From an uncultured Acidobacteriota bacterium (GTDB lineage Bacteria > Acidobacteriota > UBA6911), in assembly GCA_963761825.1 (NCBI GenBank), contig CAVXIH010000010.1, positions 155,554 through 219,553 of the forward strand: 64,000 nucleotides of DNA. Reading direction: 5' to 3'. Shown here piece by piece: positions 1-10,997 of this stretch. The position numbers and the translations under genes are program-made. Every line of letters starts with the position of its first letter. Positions within the stretch are counted from its first letter, which is position 1. Below the pieces are notes generated by a model, which worked only from the letters and a program-made list of their open reading frames with translations, had not been told where the DNA came from and made no database searches.

Positions 1-16
1 TCAAAGAGTGCCGTGA

Positions 17-52
17 GTCTGAAATCAGGAATCAGGAATCCGGAATCTCGAA
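17..52. repeat. Tandem heptamer repeat AATCNGG x5 (aatcagg aatcagg aatccgg aatctcg aatcggt), immediately upstream of the first ORF
   Basis: Read directly in the sequence. It is related to the GGAATC/ATCGG units at 28931-29066. Confidence 0.5.
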
Positions 53-55
53 TCG

Positions 56-610
56 GTGTGGTACGATTCTTCCATGATACAGCTGAGCCTATTGTTTCTG
101 TTCCTTGTCCAGGCTGCCCAGGCCGTGCGCACGCCGGATGTACCTGAGGCTCCCGGTGTCTATTATCTACAGGACGAAGCCGCCTGGGTCCCCCTCCAGC
201 CTGTCGTCACATCGGATGCGAAGGCCAAGGGCTTGCAGTTATTTGTGTATACCGAAGGCTACACAGACCTTGACCTAAATGTTGTGTGTCCAGGATCCCG
301 GGCTTTAATCCGAATACTTGTGCCGAAGCCCGTGTTGTATGTTCGCGCGATCGGCTCCGCAAAGGATGCGATGCTCATCAGACTGACGAAAAAGAGGGAC
401 CAGCGCGTTGTTAAGACCTCTTTCTCGAACGTCACCATGGCAAACAAGGGGGGCTTCAGAAGAGAGGATGTTTTTAAATTGATCCTTCAGGAATCTCCGG
501 ATGGTTTTTTTTCTGTTTCGCCTGAGAAGGAATTGCCCGCCGGCGAATATCTTCTGGTGCTGGGCAATGCCGTGCCCGCCTATGATTTCGGTATCGATCG
601 GAAGAAATAA
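56..610 (+). CDS. Hypothetical exported protein (184 aa) with an N-terminal hydrophobic signal-like segment
   Basis: ORF with an LLFLFLVQAAQA signal-like N-terminus. No recognisable family. Confidence 0.45.
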   Translation: MWYDSSMIQLSLLFLFLVQAAQAVRTPDVPEAPGVYYLQDEAAWVPLQPVVTSDAKAKGLQLFVYTEGYTDLDLNVVCPGSRALIRILVPKPVLYVRAIGSAKDAMLIRLTKKRDQRVVKTSFSNVTMANKGGFRREDVFKLILQESPDGFFSVSPEKELPAGEYLLVLGNAVPAYDFGIDRKK

Positions 611-630
611 CAGCCTGCTCCGGATTTGCC

Positions 631-1866
631 TCAACGAGGAATCGCGCTTTGATTCTGTGCGGGCACCATTTTCCAGAACAGGATTCCTGCCAGAACGGCC
701 AATCCGGCACCGAGCAAAAAGGGCGCCGACGGACCGAAGCCGCTCCATCCAAAGGCTCCCTGCCAGAGCAATCCCGCAATGACCGAAGCCGGGAAAGCTG
801 CCAGGCCGATGACGGCATTGCATATGCCATATGCTTTGCCCCGTTGATCGGGTTCCACAAGGTCGGCAACGAACGCCTTAGCGGAACCTTCGGTGGCAGC
901 ATAATACACCCCATACAGGCCGAACAGCGTCCAGACCTGCCACCCGGTCTTCGAAATAGCAAAACCTAAATAAACCAGTCCGTAGGCAATCCAGCCGCAA
1001 AGAATCAGACGTCGACGCCCTATTCTGTCTGAGAGAGCTCCCAAAGGACCGGCCAGGACAGAATAGACGCAGTTGAAAGTCATCAGCATGAGCATGATTT
1101 GCAGCACGCTCAGTCCGCGATTCTGGCCTAGCAGAATGATGAATGCATCCGATGAGTTGCCCAAGGCGAACAGACCCAGCACGATCATGAAAAGCTTAAA
1201 TCGCCTCTCCATTCCTTTCATGCTCAGCATAGGTGTTTTCGATTTGCTGCGGATTCCGGTATCCTTAGCGCCAAAGGCAAGGATAAGGACGGCCAATAGT
1301 GCGGGAAAGATGCTGATCAGGATCGCGATCTGAAACGTTCGACGAGACAGTTCGGCAGCGCTGCGCTCGGTCATCCAGACAATGACCGCGGCGGTCAGGA
1401 CCCCGATGAATGCTCCGGCCGTATCTCCGGCACGATGCAAGCCGAATGCGAGTCCGCGGCGTTCTTCGTCGATGCTGTCGGCGACTAATGCGTCCCGTGG
1501 TGCGGTACGGATGCCTTTGCCCAGTCGGTCGGATACCCGAACCGCCAGAACCAAGCTCCAGGCATCGGCAAAATATAAAAATGGTTTGGCGCATGCAGAG
1601 AGAGCGTAGCCGACGACCGTGATCCATTTGCGCGTTCCCAGTCTGTCGGAGAGCGCACCGGAGTAGATCTTCATCAAGCTTGCAGTGGTTTCGGCCAAGC
1701 CGTCAATCAGGCCGATTGCTGCAGTCCCGGCTTTGAGGACGTTGGCCAGAAACAGCGGTATGAGGTTGAAGATCATTTCCGAGGAAATGTCGGTCAGAAA
1801 AGAAGTCGCCGTTACGACCCAGAGATTGCGGGGTAACCCTCTCAGACTGGTCTTGCGAGCATTCAC
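631..1866 (-). CDS. MFS transporter
   Basis: 411 aa with multiple predicted TM helices and MFS-like motifs (G-x-L-x-D-R-x-G-R-K-like loop 'SDRLGTRKW'). Confidence 0.75.
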   Translation of the reverse strand: MNARKTSLRGLPRNLWVVTATSFLTDISSEMIFNLIPLFLANVLKAGTAAIGLIDGLAETTASLMKIYSGALSDRLGTRKWITVVGYALSACAKPFLYFADAWSLVLAVRVSDRLGKGIRTAPRDALVADSIDEERRGLAFGLHRAGDTAGAFIGVLTAAVIVWMTERSAAELSRRTFQIAILISIFPALLAVLILAFGAKDTGIRSKSKTPMLSMKGMERRFKLFMIVLGLFALGNSSDAFIILLGQNRGLSVLQIMLMLMTFNCVYSVLAGPLGALSDRIGRRRLILCGWIAYGLVYLGFAISKTGWQVWTLFGLYGVYYAATEGSAKAFVADLVEPDQRGKAYGICNAVIGLAAFPASVIAGLLWQGAFGWSGFGPSAPFLLGAGLAVLAGILFWKMVPAQNQSAIPR

Positions 1867-1902
1867 GCATAGCTCCGTAAAAGCGCGGCTGCAACCGCCG
1901 GA

Positions 1903-3345
1903 TCACCCGCGCAGCTTTTGGATTGCGGCGTGCAGGTTGGCGAATAGGTTCTCGACCAAACTGGTAGGCACTGCCGAGAAGGCCAGCCGGATCAAACCGA
2001 CGAGCACAATCACTCCTGTGCTGTAGTTCGCAATCAGCTCTTTGCGCAGCGCCTCGCAATCGACCCCGATGGGTTTTATGCACATGAAGTAGCCCGAGTT
2101 GAACGGCATTACTTCGAAACTCTGCGCATATTCCGGATGTGCTTTGAGAGTCTCGCGGATCTTCGCAACGCGCTCCGCAAGAATTTCATATTTCTGCTTC
2201 TTTTGCGCCGCGTACTCCGGAGCGGTATAGGCCTTCAGCAGCATGGACTGGGAAACGCATGGGGCATTGGAAATATTGCCGCGCACGATGCCAGCGGCTT
2301 TGTTTTCCAAAGCTTTGAGCTGGGCGGCATTGGCACCTTTAAATCCGAAAGTGATAAAGCCCACGCGGAATCCCCACACGTAGTCTTCCTTGGTGGCGCC
2401 GTCGAGCTTCACTCCCAGGACATTGGGATGCAAATCCACCAGCGAGCTAAAGAGAGATTCCTGTGCAATGCCCTCTTCGTACACAAGCCCGAAGTAGGCA
2501 TCATCAAGCACAACCACGACTTGGTTGCCGGCTTCGGCAGCCTTCCGGATTTCGGCTGTCAGGGCTTTGGCTTCGGCTTCCGTGGGTGTATAGCCGGTAG
2601 GATTATTCGGGAAATTCAAGAGCACGAATTTCTTTCCGACTTTGCCTGAATTGAGCGCCTTTGAAAAAGCCTCTACGTCGAAGCCGCCGTTCACAAACGT
2701 ATTGTAGAAAGAGAGTTTTGCTCCGAAGGCTTCGGTGAATACCAGTTCGTAGTTGTCCCAATAGAGGTTGGGAATAATAACTTCATCGCTCGGATCGAGG
2801 AACATATAACCGGCGATCGAGAGCGCATGCGTGAGCGCTGCCGTTACAACGGGTTGACTGAACGTCTTGCCCTTGAGTCCCGGATTTTTAATTGTCAGCA
2901 GCTTTCCCCATTCTTCCCTCAGTTTGGGCAGCCCGAAGCTGGGCGCATAGAGGAAGGAGTCTGAAGGTATATTTACCAGGGCTTCCATGCACTCGAGCGT
3001 GAGCGGCGACCCATCATTTTCAAAGGCTGTGCCTATGGTTGCGTTGATCTTCGCCGCCTTCGCTTCGGCTGTCTGGCCCAGAATTCCCTTAGAGGGAAAA
3101 TAAATGGCTTTGCCGCGCTCAGAAAGCATCGTGAAGATTTGCGGGGCTCCAGCTTGAAGGTCGGCGTTCAAAGCTTCAGCAAGGGGATTATAGGGGCTCA
3201 TAATATTCTCTCCGTGGGAATAAAGCCCAAGGGGTATCCCTTGGGCTTTCGATGCTGTCAATCCTTTAAAAGTATCGTCAAGCCTTTCGCGCATTGCACG
3301 AATTTTCAAATCGAGCTGTTCGCGGTTGGCTATCCTAGCCCGCAT
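1903..3345 (-). CDS. PLP-dependent class I/II aminotransferase. The true start is probably the internal Met at about 3201 (MSPYNPL...).
   Basis: NFPNNPTGYTPT motif and overall aminotransferase fold I signature. The N-terminal 48 aa of the ORF may be spurious. Confidence 0.7.
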   Translation of the reverse strand: MRARIANREQLDLKIRAMRERLDDTFKGLTASKAQGIPLGLYSHGENIMSPYNPLAEALNADLQAGAPQIFTMLSERGKAIYFPSKGILGQTAEAKAAKINATIGTAFENDGSPLTLECMEALVNIPSDSFLYAPSFGLPKLREEWGKLLTIKNPGLKGKTFSQPVVTAALTHALSIAGYMFLDPSDEVIIPNLYWDNYELVFTEAFGAKLSFYNTFVNGGFDVEAFSKALNSGKVGKKFVLLNFPNNPTGYTPTEAEAKALTAEIRKAAEAGNQVVVVLDDAYFGLVYEEGIAQESLFSSLVDLHPNVLGVKLDGATKEDYVWGFRVGFITFGFKGANAAQLKALENKAAGIVRGNISNAPCVSQSMLLKAYTAPEYAAQKKQKYEILAERVAKIRETLKAHPEYAQSFEVMPFNSGYFMCIKPIGVDCEALRKELIANYSTGVIVLVGLIRLAFSAVPTSLVENLFANLHAAIQKLRG

Positions 3346-3487
3346 TTCTCACGGGCTTTCTACTGCGGCGGCGGATCCGGGCATGTCTACTGCGTTGCGC
3401 TCCGTCGGGCTCCTCGACGTACTGTCGAGTACGTCTGCGGGGCCCTCGGTCGCGCGCCTTGTATCCACGCCCGTCTGAGCCGCCTCG

Positions 3488-5317
3488 CTACGAAACCCCG
3501 TGAGAAATGCGGGCTAGACGTTTACTGATCGCCTCCAGCTGTTCGATGAGTTCCTTCGGCATTCTCGCGCCGAATTTGGGGTAGTGGGCCGATCTGACGT
3601 CGGCGATCTCGGCCTTCCAGCCGTCAATGTCCACTTTGAGCAGTTCGCGCATATCTTCGGCCGTGACGCCGGCAGGCGGCGCGATAGCATCGGCCGCCGG
3701 CACCCAGCCGATGGGTGTTTCAACAGCCGCTCCACTGCCGTCGCATCGCTCGAATACCCATTGAAGCACTCGGCTGTTCTCCCCATACCCCGGCCAGAGC
3801 CACTTTCCTTCTTTGGTTTTTTGGAACCAGTTGACGAAGAAAAATCTGGGCTGTGATGCGACCGGAGTTTTTTCGCCCATCCTGATCCAATGTCCGAAAT
3901 AGTCTCCCATGTGATAGCCGCAGAATGGCAGCATGGCAAAGGGATCCCGGCGCACAGACCCGGCCTTGAGATCCAGGGCCGCAGCGGTCACTTCACTGCC
4001 CACGATAGATCCCATAAACACGCCGTGATTCCAGTCGAAAGCTTGCGTCACAAGAGGGATCGTGGAGGGACGGCGGCCGCCGAACAGAAAAGCGTCGATG
4101 GGAACCCCCGCCGGATCTTCCCATTCAGGAGCGATGGCCGGGCATTGCGCTGCAGGCGCTGTAAAACGCGCGTTAGGGTGGGCTGCAGGGGGCTGATCCT
4201 TATTCGTCTTGTCCGCAATCCAGGGCTTGCCTTTCCAGTCGATAAGCTTGCCCGGAGCGTCGTATCCGATCCCCTCCCACCAGACATCGTTGTCTTCGGT
4301 CAGCGCGACATTCGTAAAGATGGAATTACGCTCGATCGAGCGCATGGCGTTCGGATTCGAACCCACGGAAGTGCCGGGAGCCACTCCAAAGAAACCCGCC
4401 TCGGGATTGATTGCGTAAAGCCTGCCATCCTTGCCGGGCTTCATCCACGCAATATCGTCCCCGATGGTCTCGACTTTCCATCCCGGAATAGTCGGGACCA
4501 GCATGGCCAGGTTTGTTTTGCCGCATGCGGAAGGGAATGCGGCGGCGACGTATTTTACTTTGCCTTCCGGATTTGTGAGTTTAAGGATCAGCATGTGTTC
4601 CGCCATCCAACCTTCGTCTCTGGCTATAACGGATGCAATGCGCAGGGCGAGGCATTTTTTGCCGAGCAGGGCATTTCCTCCATAACCGGAGCCGTAGGAC
4701 CAGATGGTTTTCTCTTCGGGAAAGTGCGCGATATATTTCTTGTCCAGTGGCGCGCAGGGCCATTGGCCGGCGTCATCCTGGCATGAGAGCAGCGGTTTGC
4801 CGACCGAATGCAGGCAGGGAACAAACTCGCCGTTTTTTCCGAGAACCTTAAGCACCCGGACGCCGACGCGCGTCATGATGTGCATATTGATGACGACATA
4901 TTCGGAGTCCGTAATCTGAACGCCGATCTTGGCGATGTGAGATCCCACAGGTCCCATGGAAAAAGGGATCACGTACATCGTGCGGCCTCTCATGGATCCC
5001 GTGTAGAGCTTTTTCAGAGTTTCCTTTAGTTCAAGGGGATCGATCCAGTTATTGGTCGGACCGGCATCCTCTTTGGATCTGGAGGCGATATAGGTGCGGT
5101 TCTCCACGCGAGCCACGTCGGAGGCGTCGGATCGGAATAGAAAAGAATTTGGACGATTGGGAAGGGGCGTTGCCAGGCCTTCCTGCAGCGCAGTTCTGAT
5201 GAGTGAGTCGTATTCGGCCTTGGTTCCGTTACACCAGACGATAGAATCCGGTTCGGTCATTTTGGCGATTTCGTCAACCCAAGCCAGAAGCTTGGCGTTA
5301 TCGGTTGGAACTGTCAT
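3488..5317 (-). CDS. pckG: Phosphoenolpyruvate carboxykinase (GTP)
   Basis: Hallmark [12 protein letters not shown] kinase-1a motif and GDDIAWM motif. Start taken at MTVPTDN. Confidence 0.9.
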   Translation of the reverse strand: MTVPTDNAKLLAWVDEIAKMTEPDSIVWCNGTKAEYDSLIRTALQEGLATPLPNRPNSFLFRSDASDVARVENRTYIASRSKEDAGPTNNWIDPLELKETLKKLYTGSMRGRTMYVIPFSMGPVGSHIAKIGVQITDSEYVVINMHIMTRVGVRVLKVLGKNGEFVPCLHSVGKPLLSCQDDAGQWPCAPLDKKYIAHFPEEKTIWSYGSGYGGNALLGKKCLALRIASVIARDEGWMAEHMLILKLTNPEGKVKYVAAAFPSACGKTNLAMLVPTIPGWKVETIGDDIAWMKPGKDGRLYAINPEAGFFGVAPGTSVGSNPNAMRSIERNSIFTNVALTEDNDVWWEGIGYDAPGKLIDWKGKPWIADKTNKDQPPAAHPNARFTAPAAQCPAIAPEWEDPAGVPIDAFLFGGRRPSTIPLVTQAFDWNHGVFMGSIVGSEVTAAALDLKAGSVRRDPFAMLPFCGYHMGDYFGHWIRMGEKTPVASQPRFFFVNWFQKTKEGKWLWPGYGENSRVLQWVFERCDGSGAAVETPIGWVPAADAIAPPAGVTAEDMRELLKVDIDGWKAEIADVRSAHYPKFGARMPKELIEQLEAISKRLARISHGVS

Positions 5318-5444
5318 TGAAATAATCCTCAATACTGAAGAATGAATAATGCAAGTCTTGCCTCGCGCCGCAATGCTGTTTAAAAGGCATCAAATCTGCC
5401 GCGACGGCAATAGCCGATACTATGAATTCAAAAGCAACTGCACC

Positions 5445-5476
5445 TTGCTGGTCCGGGCTGAAGCCCTGACCAGCAA
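5445..5476. promoter_or_regulatory. 13-bp imperfect hairpin (ttgctggtccgggc tgaa gccctgaccagcaa) in the pckG/gltA divergent intergenic region
   Basis: Inverted repeat read in the sequence. Confidence 0.3.
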
Positions 5477-5684
5477 ACTATTTTGATCCACTGGAACTGA
5501 ATATGTCCCCTGCAGCATAAGGGACTACAGTTTACTATACTTATTTCAGAAGTTCGGTCAAGAAAAGCTCCAGGATGCCCCGCAGCGAGGGAGAGGCTTC
5601 TACTTTTCCTTCCTCCGTGCTGCCATTATGGTATGTTTTAAAAAGAGACTACTTACTACGAAAAAATGGAGGCATTGAACCGAC

Positions 5685-6959
5685 ATGGCCAACATAGAAC
5701 TGAATGGGAAACAATATGAATTGCCCGAAGTCGTGGGATCCGAAGGCGAGCATGCGGTCGACATTTCCGCGCTGCGCAGCAAGACCGGCTACATAACCCT
5801 GGATGACGGCTATGGGAATACAGGTTCGTGCCAGAGCAAAGTCACCTTCATCGACGGCGAGCAAGGTATCCTGCGCTACCGGGGAATTCCGATTGAAGAA
5901 CTGGCAGAAAAATCAACGTTTGTGGAAGCGGCATACCTGTTGATATGGGGCAAGCTTCCTACGCTTCAGGAATTGAAAAACTTTTCGCAGTTGCTGACGA
6001 AAAATGAAATGCTGCATGAGGACATGAAGTTTCATTTTGAAGGCTTTCCTACGAACGCGCATCCGATGGCGATCCTATCTTCCATGATCAATGCTGCCGG
6101 ATGTTTTGTCCCTCAGGTGCTCGAACCCGGCGATGAATTGTTTGTCATGCAGGTGGCACGGCTGATGTCTCAGGTGCGGACGATCGCGGCATTCTCCTAC
6201 CGCAAGTCGCTGGGACTGCCAATTATTTATCCCAAACCTACCTATAAGTATTCGGCGAATCTGCTCCACATGATGTTTTCCGAGCCCTACCAGGACTACG
6301 AGCTTTTGCCCGAAGTTGTTCAAGCGCTCGATTTAATATTCCTTTTGCATGCGGACCATGAACAGAACTGCTCGACGTCCACAGTGAGGATGGTCGCATC
6401 CAGCAAAGCAAACCTTTTTGCGTGCGCAGCAGCAGGTGTCTGCGCTCTCTGGGGCCCCTTGCACGGAGGGGCGAATCAGGCGGTTCTGGAGATGCTTGAA
6501 GATATCCATAAATCTGGGGATAACGGTTCGAAATTCATAGAGCAGGCAAAAGACAAGAATTCCGGAAAGAAACTGATGGGGTTCGGGCACCGCGTGTATA
6601 AAAACCATGATCCGCGCGCCCAAATCATCAAAGCCCAATGCGACCGGCTGCTTGCCGCGCTCAATAAAAAAGATCCGCTTCTGGATATTGCCAAGCGGCT
6701 GGAGGAGGCCGCATTAAGCGATCCGTATTTCCTGGAACGAAAATTGTATCCTAATGTCGACTTCTACAGCGGAATTATCATGCGGGCAATGGGGATTCCG
6801 ATCAACATGTTTACCGTGATGTTTGCCATAGGGCGGATGCCGGGCTGGATCTCCAATTACAAAGAAATTATGGACGACAAGGAAGGGCGCATTTACCGGC
6901 CGCGCCAGGTATATCAAGGACCGACGGAAAATCACTATGTGCCGATCGAGAATAGATAG
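5685..6959 (+). CDS. gltA: Citrate synthase (type II)
   Basis: [14 protein letters not shown] motif and full-length 424 aa. Confidence 0.9.
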   Translation: MANIELNGKQYELPEVVGSEGEHAVDISALRSKTGYITLDDGYGNTGSCQSKVTFIDGEQGILRYRGIPIEELAEKSTFVEAAYLLIWGKLPTLQELKNFSQLLTKNEMLHEDMKFHFEGFPTNAHPMAILSSMINAAGCFVPQVLEPGDELFVMQVARLMSQVRTIAAFSYRKSLGLPIIYPKPTYKYSANLLHMMFSEPYQDYELLPEVVQALDLIFLLHADHEQNCSTSTVRMVASSKANLFACAAAGVCALWGPLHGGANQAVLEMLEDIHKSGDNGSKFIEQAKDKNSGKKLMGFGHRVYKNHDPRAQIIKAQCDRLLAALNKKDPLLDIAKRLEEAALSDPYFLERKLYPNVDFYSGIIMRAMGIPINMFTVMFAIGRMPGWISNYKEIMDDKEGRIYRPRQVYQGPTENHYVPIENR

Positions 6960-7013
6960 AAGGCATATCTTCGTTCACACCCGCGTGTTTGGATTATTCT
7001 TTACAGTGGTGCT

Positions 7014-7971
7014 ATGAAACGGGTCAGTGTCATCGGAAGCGGCAACGTGGGCGCAAATTGCGCCTTCTTCATTGCGGAAAACCACGCGGCGTCTGTCCTG
7101 CTAGTGGATGTTAAGCAGGGTCTTTCCACCGGCAAAGCCTTGGATATCTCGGAAGCGGGGCCGATCCGTCACTACGATACCGAGATTCGAGGTGCCGATG
7201 ATATCCGGGCAATTCGCGGCAGCGACGTGGTTGTTATTGCTGTGGGAAGAGTGCGTAGAGCGGGCGAGAGCCGCGAGGATCTCTATGGCGACAACGGGCA
7301 GCTTTTGCCTCGCATCTGTGCGGATATCAGAGAGTTGGCTCCCGATGCGGTTGTGATCAATGTCATAGAACCTGTCGACATGACCACGCTGCTGGCGCAA
7401 CGGCTTCTTGGATTTGACCGCACGCGAGTTTTGGGAGTCGGAGGTCTGCTGAGCTCAACCCGGTTGCGGTATCTTGTCAGCACGGCGCTGGGAGTTTCCC
7501 CTCGCGATGTTACCGGCATGGTTATCGGGCCTCATCATACGGATATGGTCGTCCTGCGAAATACCGTCAGAATTTCCGGGATCCCAGCGGATACGTTGTT
7601 AGCCGCGGAGCAATTCGACTCGATCATCGCGGAAGTGCGCAAAGCCGATGACACGATTCTTTATATGTCGCAACAGGCCGCGGCCTTTTATGCGCCCAGC
7701 GCCGCCATTGCCGCTCTGGTGCATGCGATCGTGCGCGATACAAAAGCTGTTCTAGCCGGTATCCATCCGGCTTGAAGGAGAATATGGCGAGAGCGAAATT
7801 GCCGTCAACGTCCCCGCGCGCATTGGCGCCCGAGGCGTAGAGCAGATAGTCAGCGTAGAATTGAGCGCCGGAGAACGCGCGGAGTTTCAGAATGCGATAG
7901 CCTCGCTACGCGCATCTCTGGGGCGCGCAGGGGGCTGGTGCGATCGAACGGGAGGTGCGCGAGATGCCTAG
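7014..7971 (+). pseudogene. LDH-like malate dehydrogenase paralog interrupted by a +1 frameshift at about 7771. Its C-terminal 65 aa continue in another frame to a stop at about 7971.
   Basis: The N-terminal 253 aa carry GSGNVG and the Arg of the R-x-P-G loop. The downstream frame reads GEYGESEIAVNVPARIGARGVEQIVSVELSAGERAEF, which is homologous to the C-terminus of the adjacent mdh. Confidence 0.6.
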
Positions 7972-8908
7972 GCGAAAAGTCGGCATAATCGGCGCCGGTA
8001 ACGTCGGCGCAACTTCGGCCTACTACATCGCTGAAAAAGTCATCGCCGACATCGTCATGGTTGACGTAGTCGAAGGGCTGCCGCAGGCAAAGGCACTCGA
8101 CTTCCTGCATGCCGGTCCCATGCGCGGATATGATGTTTCCATTCAGGGAACGAACGATTTTTCTGCCATAGCCGACAGCGACGTTGTGGTGATCACGGCC
8201 GGCGTGGCCCGCAAGCCGGGCATGGATCGTATGGATCTGCTCAAGGTGAATGCGGGAATCGTTAAAACGGCGGCAAAGCATATTGCACGGTATGCTCCGA
8301 ATTCGACGGTGATTGTGGTTTCCAATCCGCTGGACATAATGTGCCATGTCGCCTATCGCACCACCGGTTTTGCCGTGCGGCGCGTGGTAGGCATGGCCGG
8401 CATCCTCGACTCGACGCGCTTCCGCTGCTTCGTGGCGGACGAATTGCACTGTGCTCTCTCCGACGTGCATGCGATGGTTTTGGGCGGGCATGGAGACCAG
8501 ATGGTGCCGCTGCCTCGCTTTGCCACCGTGGCGGGAATTCCAATTACCCAGTTGTTGGATAAATCCGCCATCGACCGGCTCGTGGAACGGACCCGCAACG
8601 GCGGAGCGGAGATCGTTGCGCATCTTAAAACGGGATCCGCCTATTATGCCCCGGCAGCTTCCGTTGCGGAGATGGTCGAATCCATCATCACGGACCGCAG
8701 GACGCTGGCTCCGTGCGCTGTATATTTGCGCGGGGAGTACGGTATCGAGAACCTGTTCATCGGCGTGCCGGTTCTTTTGGGGAAGAACGGAGTCGAACGC
8801 ATTGTGGAACTGGATCTCGATGAATCGGAAAAAGCTCTGCTTCGTGACAGTGCGGCCGCGGTACAAAAAGGCGTAGCGGACCTGGATACATTCTTTGACC
8901 TACGCTAG
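7955..8908 (+). CDS. mdh: Malate dehydrogenase (LDH-like, NAD-dependent)
   Basis: GAGNVG Rossmann motif and GVARKPGMDR substrate loop (Arg indicates MDH). 317 aa. Confidence 0.85.
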   Translation: MREMPRRKVGIIGAGNVGATSAYYIAEKVIADIVMVDVVEGLPQAKALDFLHAGPMRGYDVSIQGTNDFSAIADSDVVVITAGVARKPGMDRMDLLKVNAGIVKTAAKHIARYAPNSTVIVVSNPLDIMCHVAYRTTGFAVRRVVGMAGILDSTRFRCFVADELHCALSDVHAMVLGGHGDQMVPLPRFATVAGIPITQLLDKSAIDRLVERTRNGGAEIVAHLKTGSAYYAPAASVAEMVESIITDRRTLAPCAVYLRGEYGIENLFIGVPVLLGKNGVERIVELDLDESEKALLRDSAAAVQKGVADLDTFFDLR

Positions 8909-8977
8909 TGTTCTGTTCTAAGCAGAGGCTTTTGCTGCGGTAAACACTCCGGGTTTTCTGTCGTAGGAGCTCCAGAT

Positions 8978-10921
8978 ATGAAACTGTGGAAAGCCTTGTC
9001 TGCAGCGGCTATTGCGCTGTTGGTTGTATTAGAATTGCACTCGACCGCTCAAATCATCCCTCCGCTGATGGATGTTCATGCTCCCGATGAAATCCCCGAT
9101 GCATTCCAGGCGGTAACCCAAAACTTCGATTTTGTCAGACGGGAAGAAATGATCCCGATGCGGGACGGGGCGAAGCTTCACACGGTTATTATGATACCTC
9201 GAGCAGAGGAGCGCATGCCGATACTGCTGACACGTACACCCTACGGCGCGTCCCGGCGCTCTTCGCGCGATCAGAGCCCGCGTCTCGAGGCGGTTCTGCC
9301 CGGCGGCGACGACGTGATCTCCACGGCGGGCTATATCCGCGTCTTTCAGGATGTGCGCGGCAAATACGGGTCTGAAGGCGAGTACCGGATGAACCGGCCG
9401 CTGCGCGGGCAGCTGAATCCAACCGACGTGGATCACTCCACCGATACGTACGACACGATCGAATGGCTCCTGAAAAACGTGCCGGAAAACAACGGCCGCG
9501 TTGGAATGATCGGAACCTCCTACGACGGATTTCTGGTGCTCATGGGACTTGTGAATCCGCATCCTGCGCTCAAGGCTGCGGTCCCGATCAATCCCATGGT
9601 GGATACGTGGATAGGAGACGACTGGTTTCACAACGGCGCGTTTCGCCAAATCATGATGGACTACATCTATGATCAGGAAGCGTCTCATGACTCTTCTATC
9701 AGTTGGGGAAGCGGCACATACGATCAGTACGATCTATTCATGGCTGCAGGTTCGGCCGGCGAGTTGGGACGTCGGGTGGGAATGGAGCAACTTGGATTCT
9801 GGCGCCAGTTGCTGCAGCATCCTTCCTACGACGCATTCTGGCAGGGGCAGGCTCTGGATAAAATACTCGGCGGCCAGCCGCTGAATGTCCCGACACTTTA
9901 TGTGCACAGTCTTTGGGATCAGGAAGATATTTATGGTGCCATCGCTACCTACCGGGCGACCGAATCCAGGGACCTGCGCAATGACAGGAACCATCTGGTG
10001 ATAGGTCCCTGGTCCCATAGCGGCTCCAATGGCGATGGATCTTCATTGGGACCCATTAAATTCAACGGGGACACGGCTTACTTTTTTCGTCGCACGGTTC
10101 TGTTGCCCTTCTTGAATGAGCATCTCAAGGAGGGTGCCCCGAAGGCGAATACGCCGCCTGTGCTGGCGTACCAAACCGGGACGAACTCCTGGCAGCGCTA
10201 TGACTCCTGGCCTCGCAGTTGTGAATCCGGCTGCGCTGCCCGCATGCGCACGATCTATCTCCGGAAGGGCTTTCGGCTTGAATTTGAGAAGCCGGGCTCG
10301 GAAGGAATCGCCTGCGATGAGTATATTTCCGATCCGGCGAAACCGGTGCCCTATAGGCTTCGTCCGGTCCGCCCGACATATGCGCAGGATTCTACCTGGG
10401 GGCGGTGGCTCGTGGACGATCAGCGCAGCATTGCGGCCCGCCCCGATGTCTTAAGCTATTCATCGGATGTCCTGACTCAACCGGTTGCGATCAGCGGCCA
10501 GCCGGTCGCGAATCTATTCGCGTCGACCAGCGGCACCGATGCCGATTTTGTTGTGAAGCTGATTGACGTCTATCCCGATTTGTATCCATCGCAGGCCGAA
10601 CTTGGAGGATATCAGCTGATGATTTCGGCCGATATCCTGCGCGGCCGGTACCGCAAGGATTTTGCGCATCCATCACCGGTCAAGTCAGGAGATGTGGAGC
10701 AGTATCGCTGGAATCTGCCTGCGGCATCGCACGTCTTTCTGCCGGGGCACCGGATCATGGTGCAGATTCAATCGAGCTGGTTCCCGCTCTATGATCGCAA
10801 TCCTCAAACCTATGTAGAAAACATCTTTTATGCCAAGCCCGAGGATTTCCGGAAAGCGACGCAGCGCATCTATCGCACCGGCGCGCAAGCGAGCTCGATC
10901 GAGCTGCCGGTAGTGCCGTAG
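8978..10921 (+). CDS. Secreted CocE/NonD-family (S15, X-Pro dipeptidyl-peptidase-like) hydrolase
   Basis: Signal peptide and TRTPYG motif. 647 aa, typical of CocE/NonD. Confidence 0.8.
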   Translation: MKLWKALSAAAIALLVVLELHSTAQIIPPLMDVHAPDEIPDAFQAVTQNFDFVRREEMIPMRDGAKLHTVIMIPRAEERMPILLTRTPYGASRRSSRDQSPRLEAVLPGGDDVISTAGYIRVFQDVRGKYGSEGEYRMNRPLRGQLNPTDVDHSTDTYDTIEWLLKNVPENNGRVGMIGTSYDGFLVLMGLVNPHPALKAAVPINPMVDTWIGDDWFHNGAFRQIMMDYIYDQEASHDSSISWGSGTYDQYDLFMAAGSAGELGRRVGMEQLGFWRQLLQHPSYDAFWQGQALDKILGGQPLNVPTLYVHSLWDQEDIYGAIATYRATESRDLRNDRNHLVIGPWSHSGSNGDGSSLGPIKFNGDTAYFFRRTVLLPFLNEHLKEGAPKANTPPVLAYQTGTNSWQRYDSWPRSCESGCAARMRTIYLRKGFRLEFEKPGSEGIACDEYISDPAKPVPYRLRPVRPTYAQDSTWGRWLVDDQRSIAARPDVLSYSSDVLTQPVAISGQPVANLFASTSGTDADFVVKLIDVYPDLYPSQAELGGYQLMISADILRGRYRKDFAHPSPVKSGDVEQYRWNLPAASHVFLPGHRIMVQIQSSWFPLYDRNPQTYVENIFYAKPEDFRKATQRIYRTGAQASSIELPVVP

Positions 10922-10997
10922 CGAATAGCGGCACAATCTGGTGCTATCCTTCTTAAGCTCTCAGCTGCCGGAATCGCTTACATCTGAAGGCTGCTGA

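Noticed and set aside
3890-4786. 298-aa plus-strand ORF
   Set aside because: It is antisense to pckG (GTP-PEPCK).
7850-8866. 338-aa minus-strand ORF
   Set aside because: It is fully antisense to the well-supported mdh gene and has a low-complexity His/Arg-rich translation.
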